Below, piece after piece: positions 38,737 to 49,818 of a DNA stretch of 64,000 bases. The DNA is from Piromyces finnis finn (taxonomy: Eukaryota > Fungi > Neocallimastigomycota). Both the position numbers and the translations under genes were made by a program. Position 1 is the first letter of the stretch. Every line of letters begins with the position of its first letter. The DNA lies in NCBI GenBank assembly GCA_002104945.1, contig MCFH01000011.1, positions 744,001 through 808,000 on the forward strand, written 5' to 3'. The notes below the pieces were generated by a model that saw only the letters and a program-made list of their open reading frames with translations, was not told the DNA's origin and searched no databases.

Positions 38737-40724
38737 ATGGGGGAAGTTCTCAATCTTCCCCTTCTAACTCCAAAATTGATAATAACCAAACCCACAACAT
38801 CAACAACATTAATGAGCAAATCTATGTTGATGATACACGTGATTTCCATAAAACAAAAAAATTTCCAAATTCTAAAGAAAAATTCTCTAACCCTTTGGTG
38901 GATGATCCAATCAATGAAGATGATAAGGATTACGTTACACGTGATCACGTGACAAATACAGTCGATGATAAGGACATCGAAAACCTTATTTATGCATTCA
39001 AGAGAAAAAGTTCTGAAGAAAGTGATGAAAGTGATGATGAGGATCACGTGACTCAGTCGAAGAAAAAGAAACTTCGAGAAAATCCATTACCAATACACAC
39101 AAAGGCCACTCAGATGAAAGAACAGCAAGAAATTCGTAATGAGAAAAATTCAAATTTTCATACCACTACTTCCCGCCTAGACATCTTAGACCCCTCGGTA
39201 ATTGCAGGCAAGAATATTTCCTCTGCTAAGATGAAAAATAAAGAAACCAGAAATAAAAGAAGAATTGGTCCAGATATACCAAGTAAACAGGACGAATTAG
39301 AAGAAGTTATAGATAGCAAAAAGTCTCCCAAAAGCAACTATTATGACTTCCTACGTTCTATTGTCATGTTGGGCAAAAATAAAGAATATAATATTTTTGA
39401 TGCCCTTAATAATACAAATGCTGGTATCTCTTTTGCACAATTGCTTGCAGTCAGTCCTATCATCAGAAGACTTTGTGCCAAAGGTTTAAAGCTTGATCCA
39501 AATGACGTTCGGAAAATAAACGCCATTCAAAATATGGATCTTAATGATGATGATATTAATTCATTTATTAATATCATTAATGAAAATTATAATAATAAAA
39601 ATAATGAAAACAATGATGATGCTGATAATGACAATGATGATGATATTATCAATATAGCAGATAACGAAATTAATGTCATTAATAAAATCAACATTGCTTC
39701 TGTCATTGGCTCAATTGATAATAACATTGTCCGAGTTTTAGTAGATACTGGTTCTGATGTTAATGTTATTACTAAATCCTTCTTTAATTTAATATCAGCA
39801 AATCATAATATTACACATTTTAAGAGAACTTTCTTTAAATTAGCTAGCAAACAAGTTATTTCAACAAATCAAGCTGTTAATTTAACTCTTAAATTTGGTG
39901 ATTTAAAAATCTATGCATTATTCTGGATTCTAGAAGATGAAGATTCATGTTATGATATTATATTAGGTCGTCAATCTCAAAAGAATCACCGATTATACAT
40001 TGATCCTGATGATGACTCTCTCTACATGAAAACTAATTCATCTCCTATTATGGTTGCTCGTCCCTCAAATTTTAAACAAAATAAAAATAATCTTTCAAAT
40101 ATTTCAATGATTCATTGTTTCAATCCATCAAATATTAATGAATCTCAATTTAATTCATTTAATAATAATATCAAAATTCAAAATTTTAATTCGACTTTTA
40201 ACAATAAAAACAAACTTTTATATTCAATTAAATTTCGACATTTATTCAAATTTAAAAATAAATATTTTTATCCAAAATATCACATTTTTCATTCAAATTT
40301 CAGCAAATTTCCAAAAAGAATTAAAAACGATTCACTTATTAAATTTTCAATTAATAAGTCAAATCTTGTCGGCCATGATGAAGCAGAAAAAACGCCAATT
40401 ATTCACGAAAAATGCCACAAAATCAAGATATATAAAAATAAAAGTAAAATTCTAAAATATAATCATTTGAATATTAATATTAACAGGAAATTAAAATCAA
40501 GAAAAAAGCGAAATAAACAAAATGATATAATCAAAAATTCATCAAATAATTCGTTTAAGAATATATATTTCAGTATAATAAAAAGTGTAAAAGAAAGTAT
40601 TTCAAATTCAATTATTTTCAATCTAAAAGATTATATCAAATCAGTAACTTCAATTTTAAAACGACATTATTTCGACATATTAAAATCAAAATTTCATCTA
40701 TTTTCAAAGTTTAAAGAAAGATAA
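38727..40724 (+). CDS. Protease-containing ORF reached by a -1 frameshift from gag; C-terminal third is low-complexity
   Basis: The frame is open from the slippery heptamer T TTA AAT (38727-38733) into the track ORF at 38895; VLVDTGSDVNVI catalytic motif and YDIILGR. Confidence 0.8.
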   Translation, partial: FKLNGGSSQSSPSNSKIDNNQTHNINNINEQIYVDDTRDFHKTKKFPNSKEKFSNPLVDDPINEDDKDYVTRDHVTNTVDDKDIENLIYAFKRKSSEESDESDDEDHVTQSKKKKLRENPLPIHTKATQMKEQQEIRNEKNSNFHTTTSRLDILDPSVIAGKNISSAKMKNKETRNKRRIGPDIPSKQDELEEVIDSKKSPKSNYYDFLRSIVMLGKNKEYNIFDALNNTNAGISFAQLLAVSPIIRRLCAKGLKLDPNDVRKINAIQNMDLNDDDINSFINIINENYNNKNNENNDDADNDNDDDIINIADNEINVINKINIASVIGSIDNNIVRVLVDTGSDVNVITKSFFNLISANHNITHFKRTFFKLASKQVISTNQAVNLTLKFGDLKIYALFWILEDEDSCYDIILGRQSQKNHRLYIDPDDDSLYMKTNSSPIMVARPSNFKQNKNNLSNISMIHCFNPSNINESQFNSFNNNIKIQNFNSTFNNKNKLLYSIKFRHLFKFKNKYFYPKYHIFHSNFSKFPKRIKNDSLIKFSINKSNLVGHDEAEKTPIIHEKCHKIKIYKNKSKILKYNHLNININRKLKSRKKRNKQNDIIKNSSNNSFKNIYFSIIKSVKESISNSIIFNLKDYIKSVTSILKRHYFDILKSKFHLFSKFKER

Positions 40725-41687
40725 AACCACATTAAACATTTATATACAAATAATACGACAATTACATTACAAAAATATATAAAAACACAAAAATATTTAC
40801 ACTACGACATTTAACAAAATTTCACTTCATTTTTTTTATTTCTCTTTGAAAAAAAAATTTTATTAATAAAAATTTTCAAATTTTTCATCATTTTTTTTAT
40901 AAACCTTATTTTATATTATTTTTATCATATATATATATATATAGAAAAAAAAAAATTTAAATTTTTAAATCTTTAGTATAAAAATATCAAAAACTTATAT
41001 ATTTATTATTATTTATGAATATTTTTATCAGCTACCACTAAGTCGTATCTTAGGGGAGGAAATCTTGATAAATAATAATTATAAATATATTATACATTTG
41101 ATATTAGAAAATTTTATTATAAAATAATTATTAAATAATTTTATATAGTTTATTATAAAAATATAATTTACATAAAATCAAATATTTTATAAATTTATAT
41201 ATTTGATTGGGTTAAATTATAAAAATAATTTTTATTATAAAGAATAATAATAATTTTTAGTAGAAAATGAGAAGACTTAGATTATTAATAATAAGTTAAA
41301 TTTTAATAATAGTTAATATAATTAATTAGTGAATACATAATAATATTTAAAAAGACAAAAATAAGTTTTTATATAATAAAAATTATTGTTAAAAAGAGCG
41401 TAAGAACAATAAATAAAAGAAAATATAAAAACGAAATTAAACTTGTCTAATTTGTAATTATTGTGTTAATAATAAATAATATTTTATAGAATAAATCTGG
41501 TGTTATTATTCTATATAAATATTATTAAATAATAAAACTATTAAAACTATAAAATAGCTTAAAATAAATTAATAAAACTAGTAGATATTGTTAAAGCTCG
41601 TACAATAGCTGTCGAGATAAAACAATATAAGATAACAGAAGAAGTAGTTAAAAAGTTGTAATATAACTACCAATCCGTTATCAACGA

Positions 41688-42314
41688 TGGTACAGAATTT
41701 TATTATAAGTACCTTTTTCTTTATTGTTTGGGACACTACAACAGTTATAAATAACAAATTTATATTCTAGATGAATATTTTTTGATTATATATTATTTTA
41801 TTATTTTGTTTATTATTTTATTATTTTTATTACAAGCTTTATTATTTATAAGTATTATTTATTATTATTTTATATTATTATTTGTTTTAAAAATAGGTAT
41901 AATCTTAGAAAATAAACTAATATTATTATTAATTCCTTCACTAAATCTAACAATAATATTATTTATTCTTCTATTATTATCACCTTATCTTTATTTTATT
42001 TATAATATAACTAATATAAACTAACTAAAAACTAACTAAAACTAAAAACTCTTCTTTTCTTTTATATATATATACGCGTCTTTCTCCTCCTTATATAATT
42101 ATATTTTTATCATCCTTATATTAAATTATAAAAAGTTTATTTTACTTTAATAAATTATTTATAAGTTATTAATTTAATTTAATTTACCATTCTTATTATT
42201 ACTATCGTTATATAAATTTATTAAATAAAAATATTTAAATCCATATATATTATAAGGGTTATTTCATTTACCAAATATATGGATTTATTGCATTTTTCTG
42301 AATGTGGTGTACCA
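41688..42314. mobile_element. Solo LTR with TGGTACA...TGTACCA termini
   Basis: 7-bp inverted ends; ACGA on both sides (41684-41687, 42315-42318). Confidence 0.85.
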
Positions 42315-42857
42315 ACGAATCTATTAGATAATTAATATTGTCTTAATGGTTAGTATTTAAGACATTAATCTGGATCACTCGGGTTCGACTCACACCTTGA
42401 TCCGAAATCTATTTTAGATTATTTATTTAACAATTTAATTTACGACTCATAGAAACTTATAGAACTTATTCGAAAAAGAATAAGTTCGAATATTCGAAAA
42501 ATCAAATATTTTTTGTAATTTTATCACGGGATTCATCTTATGCAATTTTTAATTAATTTAAAGAACAATCTAGAAAGATAATTAAAATTTTTGATTTAGC
42601 CACATCAGATTTAGAAAAAGTATAAATAGAAGTGGTTTGAATCGAAAATTAAAAAAATTGTGTTTTTATTAACTATTAACTTTTAACTTTTAAATTTTAA
42701 AAAAAAAAAAATATTTATTATTAAAAAATAATTTAAATAAAAAATAATTAAAAATTTTAATAAATAAAATTAATTGACTTATTGGGATCAAAATTATTAT
42801 CTATATAAAGTTTATTAATTACCACATTATTAAATACTTATATAGATACGCGTTACA

Positions 42858-42867
42858 ATAAAAACAC
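42858..42867 (+). promoter_or_regulatory. Self-priming primer-binding site of element B (ATAAAAACAC)
   Basis: Directly after the 5' LTR; complement of GTGTTTTTAT at 42660-42669, 39 nt after TATAAATA (42621). Confidence 0.75.
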
Positions 42868-43189
42868 CAGTTGTAACATATTCCCTTTACCTTAATTAAT
42901 TTGTTTATTTTTCCTACCTGTTATAGTGTCTACCCTTGGTTTAAATATCCACTTGTATATTAGTATCTACCTGACTTTTGTACTTTTCTGTTTTGCTACT
43001 TTAGATACTACTTCTGTTTACTCCTTTATTTTTTCTCTAGGCAATAGACACTACCTTTGTATATTGTTTTACAACTCTTTTGGACTCTCTCAGACTCTTT
43101 TGGACTCTTTTGGACTCTTTTGGACTCTCTTGGATATATTATACGATTAAATTGAATTAAAATTAGATATTTTCAATAAAATAAAGAAT

Positions 43190-46100
43190 ATGGATGAAGA
43201 ATTGATGAACCATGCTACGTTGAAGGATGGTTTCGCTGGAAATCGTCGTTTCTTTAAGGGTTTTCTCGCCAAAATAGAATTAATCTTTATGGTCTACCCA
43301 GAGCGCTACGCGGATGATGAAGCAAAAATCGTCTATATTATTTCAAGACTATATGGTGAAGCCTTGAATTGGGCTGCATCATTAATTCACAACCATGACG
43401 AATGCCTATTAAATTATGACTCATTTGTTGCAAAGCTTAAATCTGTGTTTGGCAACAACGACTCAACATTTGTGGCTAATCAAAAGCTTCGAACTATAAA
43501 GCAAAGGAAAATCGGAGAAATTCAAAAATATATTCTTGAATTTAACCGATACTCTGATGACTCCTCTTGGAACGAAAGTGCAAAAATGGACGCCTTCTTA
43601 GCTGGACTACAAGATCAAGTCGCCAATAGAATTTTAGAAATGTTTCCCGGTCCACAAACGCTACTAAATTTACAAGTTATAGCATCAAGAATCGATTCTA
43701 GAATCGATACTAATAGAAGATTTTTCAACAACAATCACTCTAATAGCACCAATCAAAACCGAAGAACTGAAGCAAATAGAAAACCTTTCACTTCGAGAAA
43801 TAAGAAAACTTACGGACCGCTTACCTCAGAAGAAAAGGCTAGAAGAATTAAGGAGAATCTCTGTTTATATTGTGGTTCTCCAGATCACAAGTTAAACAAC
43901 TGTCCAAAAAGAAGTAAAAATGAAAAAACAGCTGGGACTCATATTTCTAATTCTATGCCTGAAAAGAAACCTAGAATAAGATTCTCCGATAATCCCCATT
44001 TGAAACAACCAGTTTTTGAGTTCCAACTCAATACTTCCGACGTCTCCGTTAACACTAAACTACTAATTGATTCAGGATCCCAACTTAACCTAATAGATGT
44101 GGTCTTTGCAGAAGAAAACAACATTCCTTTTGATAAATCCGTCTCTCTCGACAAAATCTCTGGTATTGGTGGGGAACAACAAGTCTTAGGTAAATCCATC
44201 CCAATTTCAATTAAATACAAAAACCACCAATGTAAAACTATATTTTATATTGTAGACCTCCCGGGATATTGTGGTATCTTAGGTGCTGAATGGTTACATC
44301 AGCACAACCCTATTATTAACTTCGTTGAAAAAGAATTATCTTTTAATTCAAATTTCTGTTTGTCACATTGCTCTGTCATTCCAAATGTTGCCCCTACTTA
44401 TGTTATTTCTTCTATTTCTAATGATTCCAAACCTTCTTGTAGCACTTCAACCAATTCTTATATCCATGATTCTGTAACAAATCTTCCAAAAAGTCAAGAT
44501 TCCACCACTAACACTTCTAGTAATCAAGAAGTTATTCTACCCGCTGAACTTCAAGCCTTTGAAGATGTATTTAATGAAAAAGCCGCTGAACAATTGCCGC
44601 CACATAGGCAATACGATTGTGAAATCCGTCTTAAGCCGGACTCCAAACTTTTCTATGGACCAATTTATCCTTTAACGGATAAAGAATCAATGGTATTGAA
44701 GGAATACATTGATGAAAATTTGCGAAGAGGTTTCATCAGACCTTCGAAGTCTCCGGCTGGTGCCCCAGTGCTTTTTGTCCCGAAGAAAAATGGTGAACTA
44801 CGTCTATGTCAAGATTATAGGAAATTAAACGAAATCACAATCCGTGATTCATACCCTTTACCATTAATTAATGACATGTTGGAACATCTAGGTAAAAGCA
44901 ACATCTTCTCCAAACTTGATTTAAGATCCGCTTATAATCTTGTGAGGATCAAAGAAGGTGATGAATTCAAAACTGCTTTTACTTGCAAATATGGACACTT
45001 TGAATATACTGTAATGCCGTTTGGTTTGAAAAACGCACCTGCAGTATTTCAACATTTCATTAATGATGTGCTTGAGGGAATCTTGGGAATATTTGTCTTT
45101 AGTTATATTGATGACTTAATAATTTTCTCGGAAAATTTTAAAACCCATGTAATCCAGGTTAAAGAAGTACTTAAAAGACTTAGAAAAGCGGGACTTTACG
45201 CAAAACTTGAAAAATGTGAGTTCTTTGTCCCATTTATCGATTTCTTAGGTCATCGTATATCTTCTGAAGGTATTTTAATGGATCCAAAGAAAATTGCATC
45301 TATCTTGGAATGGCCAACTCCTAAAAGCGTTAAAGAGGTTCAAGCGTTTCTTGGGTTAGCTAATTATTATAGAAGATTCATTGCCGGTTTTGCTGAGATC
45401 GCACAACCACTGAATGCGTTACTTAAGAAGGATGTTAAATTCTGCTTCTCTCATCAGTGTGAAAATTCTTTTAGTTTAATCAAATCCAAATTTGCTTCTT
45501 CCCCTGTTCTTGCATACCCGAATCGTGATATACCTTTCATAGTTGAAACGGATGCAAGTAATTTCGCTATAGGAGCAATCCTTTCACAAACGAATCCAAA
45601 AGACAAGTCGGTTCATCCAGTGGCATTTTTCTCTAGATCGCTTAGTTCTTCTGAAAGGAACTATCCGATCTACGATAAAGAACTTTTAGCAATTGTAGCT
45701 GCTTTAGAAACTTGGCGACATCTACTCAAAGGAACTACTCAGCCTTTCAAGATTTTCTCGGATCATAGAAATTTGCTCTACCAGAAGAAACCCGAAAAAA
45801 TGACTCAAAGATTAGTTCGTTGGTCTCTGTTCCTTGCCGAGTTAAACTTTATCATCGTTTATCGGTCGGGTTCTGCTAATGGTAAACCTGACGCTTTATC
45901 TAGAAGACCAGATTACTTAGAAAATTTTAAGTATAACAATGACATTCCAAATTCCGTCCTTAGACCCGAAAACTTTTGTGCCATGGTTCTGGATAACAAT
46001 CCCCTTATGGATAAAATCATTTCAAATAGCAAAGATGATAAATTTTACTTTGAAGTATGCAAATATTTAGAAACTCAAATTCCCCCAGTCCCTCATTCGC

Positions 46101-47425
46101 AAATCGAAAACTTTAAAATTCAAGATGGTGTATTATTATTCAATAATAGGATCTATGTCCCCCAAGATTGTCGTTTGGAAGTTCTTAAAATTTGCCATGA
46201 CTCACCCTCCGCTGGACACTTCGGATTAAAGAAAACTACTTCCCTTATTGTTCGTGACTTTTGGTGGCCTTATCTCTCAGTCGATGTCAAAGAATATGTT
46301 AGGTCTTGCGAAATATGTTGCCGATCAAAGGATTCTCGACACAAACCCTATGGATTTCTCTCCCCTTTGGAAATTGCTGAACGTCCTTGGTCTTCCTTAT
46401 CTATGGACTTTATTACGGATCTCCCACCTTCCCAAAAGTATACTTGCATTCTTGTAGTCACCGATAGATTAACTAAATTATGCCACTTCATTCCTTTTGA
46501 GAACATCCCTTCTGCCTCCGATACTGCTGATGCTTTCATGATCAACGTTTTTCGTCTCCATGGATTACCAAATGAAATTCTTTCGGATAGAGGTACTCAA
46601 TTTACCTCTAAATTCTGGAATTCAATTTGCAAATCTTTTGATATAAACTTAAAATTTTCTTCTTCCTACCATCACCAAACAAACGGGCTGACGGAGAGGG
46701 TAAACTCCGTTGTAGAACAATACCTAAGGTGTTACTCAAATTATAAAGGCTCTAACTGGTACAAGTTCTTACATCTTGCTGAATTTAGTTACAATAATGC
46801 CGTTCAAGAATCTACCAAAACTTCACCATTTTTTGCTAACTATGGCTATAATCCAAAACATTCTCCAATTTTACCAAGTCGTACCGAGATACCAACTGCG
46901 GATGAATTCACAAGAAATTTCAAAGAAATAATTAAAACTCTTAAAGATAACTTGAAGAAATCCATTAATCAACAAGAAAAATTCGCAAACAAACACAGAA
47001 GTAAAGCCCCTGAACTCAAGGTAAATGATAAAGTATGGATCAACAGTTCTTTAATAATGCGTAATGGTAATAAGAAGTTAAAACCTAGAAAACTTGGTCC
47101 GTACAAAATAATTGAAAAAATTTCTCCAGTTTCTTTCAAATTGGAGTTACCAAAAGAAATTCGCATTCATCCAGTCATCCACGTTTCAGAATTGGAACCC
47201 TACCATGAAGACAAGTTCAATAGAAAGCAACCGCCACCTCCGCCGGTTATTGTGGATAATAAGGAAGAATTTGAAGTCGAAGAGATATTGGATAAAAGAA
47301 GATATTATGGTAAAGTCCAATATCTAATTAAATGGAAAGGATACCCAATATCTGAAGCATCTTGGGAGCCAGAAACAAATTTGAATTGTCCAGAACTACT
47401 TAAGGAATTCAACAAAAAGAAATGA
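43190..47425 (+). CDS. Gag-Pol polyprotein with C-terminal chromodomain (element B)
   Basis: [14 protein letters not shown]; LIDSGS; YIDDLII; [15 protein letters not shown]; integrase HHCC and DDE motifs; [39 protein letters not shown] chromodomain. Confidence 0.97.
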   Translation: MDEELMNHATLKDGFAGNRRFFKGFLAKIELIFMVYPERYADDEAKIVYIISRLYGEALNWAASLIHNHDECLLNYDSFVAKLKSVFGNNDSTFVANQKLRTIKQRKIGEIQKYILEFNRYSDDSSWNESAKMDAFLAGLQDQVANRILEMFPGPQTLLNLQVIASRIDSRIDTNRRFFNNNHSNSTNQNRRTEANRKPFTSRNKKTYGPLTSEEKARRIKENLCLYCGSPDHKLNNCPKRSKNEKTAGTHISNSMPEKKPRIRFSDNPHLKQPVFEFQLNTSDVSVNTKLLIDSGSQLNLIDVVFAEENNIPFDKSVSLDKISGIGGEQQVLGKSIPISIKYKNHQCKTIFYIVDLPGYCGILGAEWLHQHNPIINFVEKELSFNSNFCLSHCSVIPNVAPTYVISSISNDSKPSCSTSTNSYIHDSVTNLPKSQDSTTNTSSNQEVILPAELQAFEDVFNEKAAEQLPPHRQYDCEIRLKPDSKLFYGPIYPLTDKESMVLKEYIDENLRRGFIRPSKSPAGAPVLFVPKKNGELRLCQDYRKLNEITIRDSYPLPLINDMLEHLGKSNIFSKLDLRSAYNLVRIKEGDEFKTAFTCKYGHFEYTVMPFGLKNAPAVFQHFINDVLEGILGIFVFSYIDDLIIFSENFKTHVIQVKEVLKRLRKAGLYAKLEKCEFFVPFIDFLGHRISSEGILMDPKKIASILEWPTPKSVKEVQAFLGLANYYRRFIAGFAEIAQPLNALLKKDVKFCFSHQCENSFSLIKSKFASSPVLAYPNRDIPFIVETDASNFAIGAILSQTNPKDKSVHPVAFFSRSLSSSERNYPIYDKELLAIVAALETWRHLLKGTTQPFKIFSDHRNLLYQKKPEKMTQRLVRWSLFLAELNFIIVYRSGSANGKPDALSRRPDYLENFKYNNDIPNSVLRPENFCAMVLDNNPLMDKIISNSKDDKFYFEVCKYLETQIPPVPHSQIENFKIQDGVLLFNNRIYVPQDCRLEVLKICHDSPSAGHFGLKKTTSLIVRDFWWPYLSVDVKEYVRSCEICCRSKDSRHKPYGFLSPLEIAERPWSSLSMDFITDLPPSQKYTCILVVTDRLTKLCHFIPFENIPSASDTADAFMINVFRLHGLPNEILSDRGTQFTSKFWNSICKSFDINLKFSSSYHHQTNGLTERVNSVVEQYLRCYSNYKGSNWYKFLHLAEFSYNNAVQESTKTSPFFANYGYNPKHSPILPSRTEIPTADEFTRNFKEIIKTLKDNLKKSINQQEKFANKHRSKAPELKVNDKVWINSSLIMRNGNKKLKPRKLGPYKIIEKISPVSFKLELPKEIRIHPVIHVSELEPYHEDKFNRKQPPPPPVIVDNKEEFEVEEILDKRRYYGKVQYLIKWKGYPISEASWEPETNLNCPELLKEFNKKK

Positions 47426-47563
47426 TTTCAACAGAAACTTTATTTTTAATTTATTTTTAATTTATTTTTAATTTTAATTTAAAAAAAAAAAAAAAAATAA
47501 CTTCTTTAAATTTTCTTAAATTTTAGATTTTCTTTAAGCATGTATTTAATATTAAATATATAA

Positions 47564-47606
<43 letters not shown>

Positions 47607-48680
47607 ATTTTATTGTAATTCAATTAGTATAGTTTAATTATATAGTAATTATATAGCTTAAAAAAATTATTATTGTAATAAAACATAAAATGAATCCAAA
47701 GATTCGTCTGGTATCCGAATCCTGGAGGAAGACCATGTAACGAATCTATTAGATAATTAATATTGTCTTAATGGTTAGTATTTAAGACATTAATCTGGAT
47801 CACTCGGGTTCGACTCACACCTTGATCCGAAATCTATTTTAGATTATTTATTTAACAATTTAATTTACGACTCATAGAAACTTATAGAACTTATTCGAAA
47901 AAGAATAAGTTCGAATATTCGAAAAATCAAATATTTTTTGTAATTTTATCACGGGATTCATCTTATGCAATTTTTAATTAATTTAAAGAACAATCTAGAA
48001 AGATAATTAAAATTTTTGATTTAGCCACATCAGATTTAGAAAAAGTATAAATAGAAGTGGTTTGAATCGAAAATTAAAAAAATTGTGTTTTTATTAACTA
48101 TTAACTTTTAACTTTTAAATTTTAAAAAAAAAAAAATATTTATTATTAAAAAATAATTTAAATAAAAAATAATTAAAAATTTTAATAAATAAAATTAATT
48201 GACTTATTGGGATCAAAATTATTATCTATATAAAGTTTATTAATTACCACATTATTAAATACTTATATAGATACGCGTTACAATAGAAAATACATGGGCT
48301 TTATTCAATTTTGAGTTTACTCAAATTGAATTAAAAGTATAATGAATTAGTTTTAGTTTAGTTTTGTTATTTTATTATTTAATTAGATTAGTGTTGTTTA
48401 TTTTATATTAAATATATGTTTATTTAAATAGAATAATATATTAGAATATAATTATGAAAAAATATAAATACATGTAATTTTTGTTTATTAAATCGATGTA
48501 ATTGTTATTTTCAATTTTTTAATTATTAACTATTATATAGTTAATAATATTTTTTAAGAGTTTTAAATAAAATGATTTTTAAAATAAAAATTTAATGTTT
48601 TATTTTTTATTTTTGTGTTAATAAAAATTGTTTTGTTTTAAGTATAAAATCTGTTTTAAATTTTATACTTTAACATTAGG

Positions 48681-48993
48681 TAAGTACATGTATTTCAACA
48701 ACTTATTTAATTTAGACGATTGGAATGAGGATGCAGACTACATCATTTTAGATGATTTTAACAGTGATATAACCAAGTTTTTACCATTTTGGAAGTGTTT
48801 CTTTGGTGGTCAAAAACAGTTTACTCTCACTGATAAATACAGAGGTAAGAAAACAGTTCATTGGGGAAAACCAATGATTTGGTTATCCAACGAAGACTTA
48901 TACAAAAATCTTAATATTGAACACTTAAATTTCTTAAAAAAAAATTGTACTTGTATCATTTTAGAAAATAAATTATTAAATAAAGTTTATTAA
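48681..48993 (+). pseudogene. rep: CRESS Rep, C-terminal helicase segment (Walker B, motif C)
   Basis: YIILDDF (Walker B), FFGGQKQFTLTDKYRGKK, WGKPMIWLSN (motif C); resumes in frame after the TTAGG TSD. Confidence 0.92.
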
Positions 48994-49175
48994 AATTTAA
49001 ATATATTACATTGTATTGTGTTGTATACATTTTGTGTTAAATAAAAAAAAATCTGTTCCTACTACTCCCCCAGAGCCGTCCGTCCAGAGTAGGAAAACAA
49101 TCCTCTTAAAACCACTTGGCTATGGATAAGTAGGAGGGTGTGACTCATCACGTGATCATCATTAGATATAAACAT

Positions 49176-49748
49176 TGATATAAGTTTCTTTTATGTTGTA
49201 GTAATTTAATATTAGTTTATTTATAATTTATTATATTAGGTGAAAAATATTTTATTACTATTAACTTCTCTCTTATTAATAATTTCACTTATAATATTTT
49301 CTTATTAATTATTAAAGCTCTTCTCTTTCTAATTATTAATTATTTTTACATGAATATTTTTATATTATAAAATTTCTATAATATAATTGAATATCAATTA
49401 TATAATGTAATGTATTCATAATATATGAATAATAATTAAATAGGATATAGTATAATATATTTTACATTTTATATGAAATATTACTATATAAGGAAAGGTA
49501 ATGTAATACAAATAAGTATTACAATAAAATTAATACTAATATAATATTAATATTTAAGAATATAATGAAATATGTACATGAATTCTATAACTAATATATA
49601 AATAATGTATTATAATATATATCAATTATTATATTATTATTATGAAATATTATATATAAATTTTTAAAGATGAAATTGAATATTTTAAATAATAAAAATT
49701 ATTTTAAATATTGGCTAATATGTAGCTAGACATATTAATTTCATATCA
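49176..49748. other. AT-rich block in the viral 3' intergenic region with TGATAT...ATATCA ends; possible later insertion
   Basis: Host-like AT content between two GC-richer viral segments; 6-bp inverted ends; no clean TSD. Confidence 0.35.
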
Positions 49749-49818
49749 AACGGCCAGGGTCTAGAGCCTGCGGCTCACAGGGATCAAACACGTTAACTTA
49801 GTTGTATGTCACGTGTTC

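Larger units (their letters stand above)
37161..41683 (+). mobile_element. Non-autonomous LTR element encoding only Gag and protease
   Basis: LTRs 37161-37781 and 41066-41683 (TGATAA...TTATCA); PBS TGGTGGAGA at 37784; PPT AGGGGAGGAA before the 3' LTR; 4-bp TSD ACGA; no RT/RNase H/integrase motifs. Confidence 0.9.
37153..48282 (+). mobile_element. Full-length chromoviral Ty3/Gypsy element B; 5' LTR split after nt 8 (37153-37160 plus 42319-42857), 3' LTR 47736-48282
   Basis: TSD ATAGA (37148-37152, 48283-48287); both LTRs are 547 bp after reassembly; PPT GGAGGAAGA; intact 1411-aa ORF. Confidence 0.95.
35719..48675 (+). mobile_element. Family D solo LTR inserted in rep and split by nested insertions (pieces 35719-36075, 37111-37152, 48288-48675)
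   Basis: TSD TTAGG (35714-35718, 48676-48680); the pieces concatenate colinearly with the intact copy 56010-56799. Confidence 0.92.

Noticed and set aside
2521-47327. Many short ORFs overlapping or antisense to the LINE and Gypsy ORFs, and hydrophobic ORFs in AT-rich DNA (e.g. 7438, 16257, 23020, 41782, 42926)
   Set aside because: Shadow frames of real genes, or low-complexity F/I/L/Y ORFs expected by chance at this AT content.
47761-47830. Bona fide tRNA gene
   Set aside because: Boxes are present but acceptor, anticodon and T stems do not pair; kept only as a promoter-like finding.
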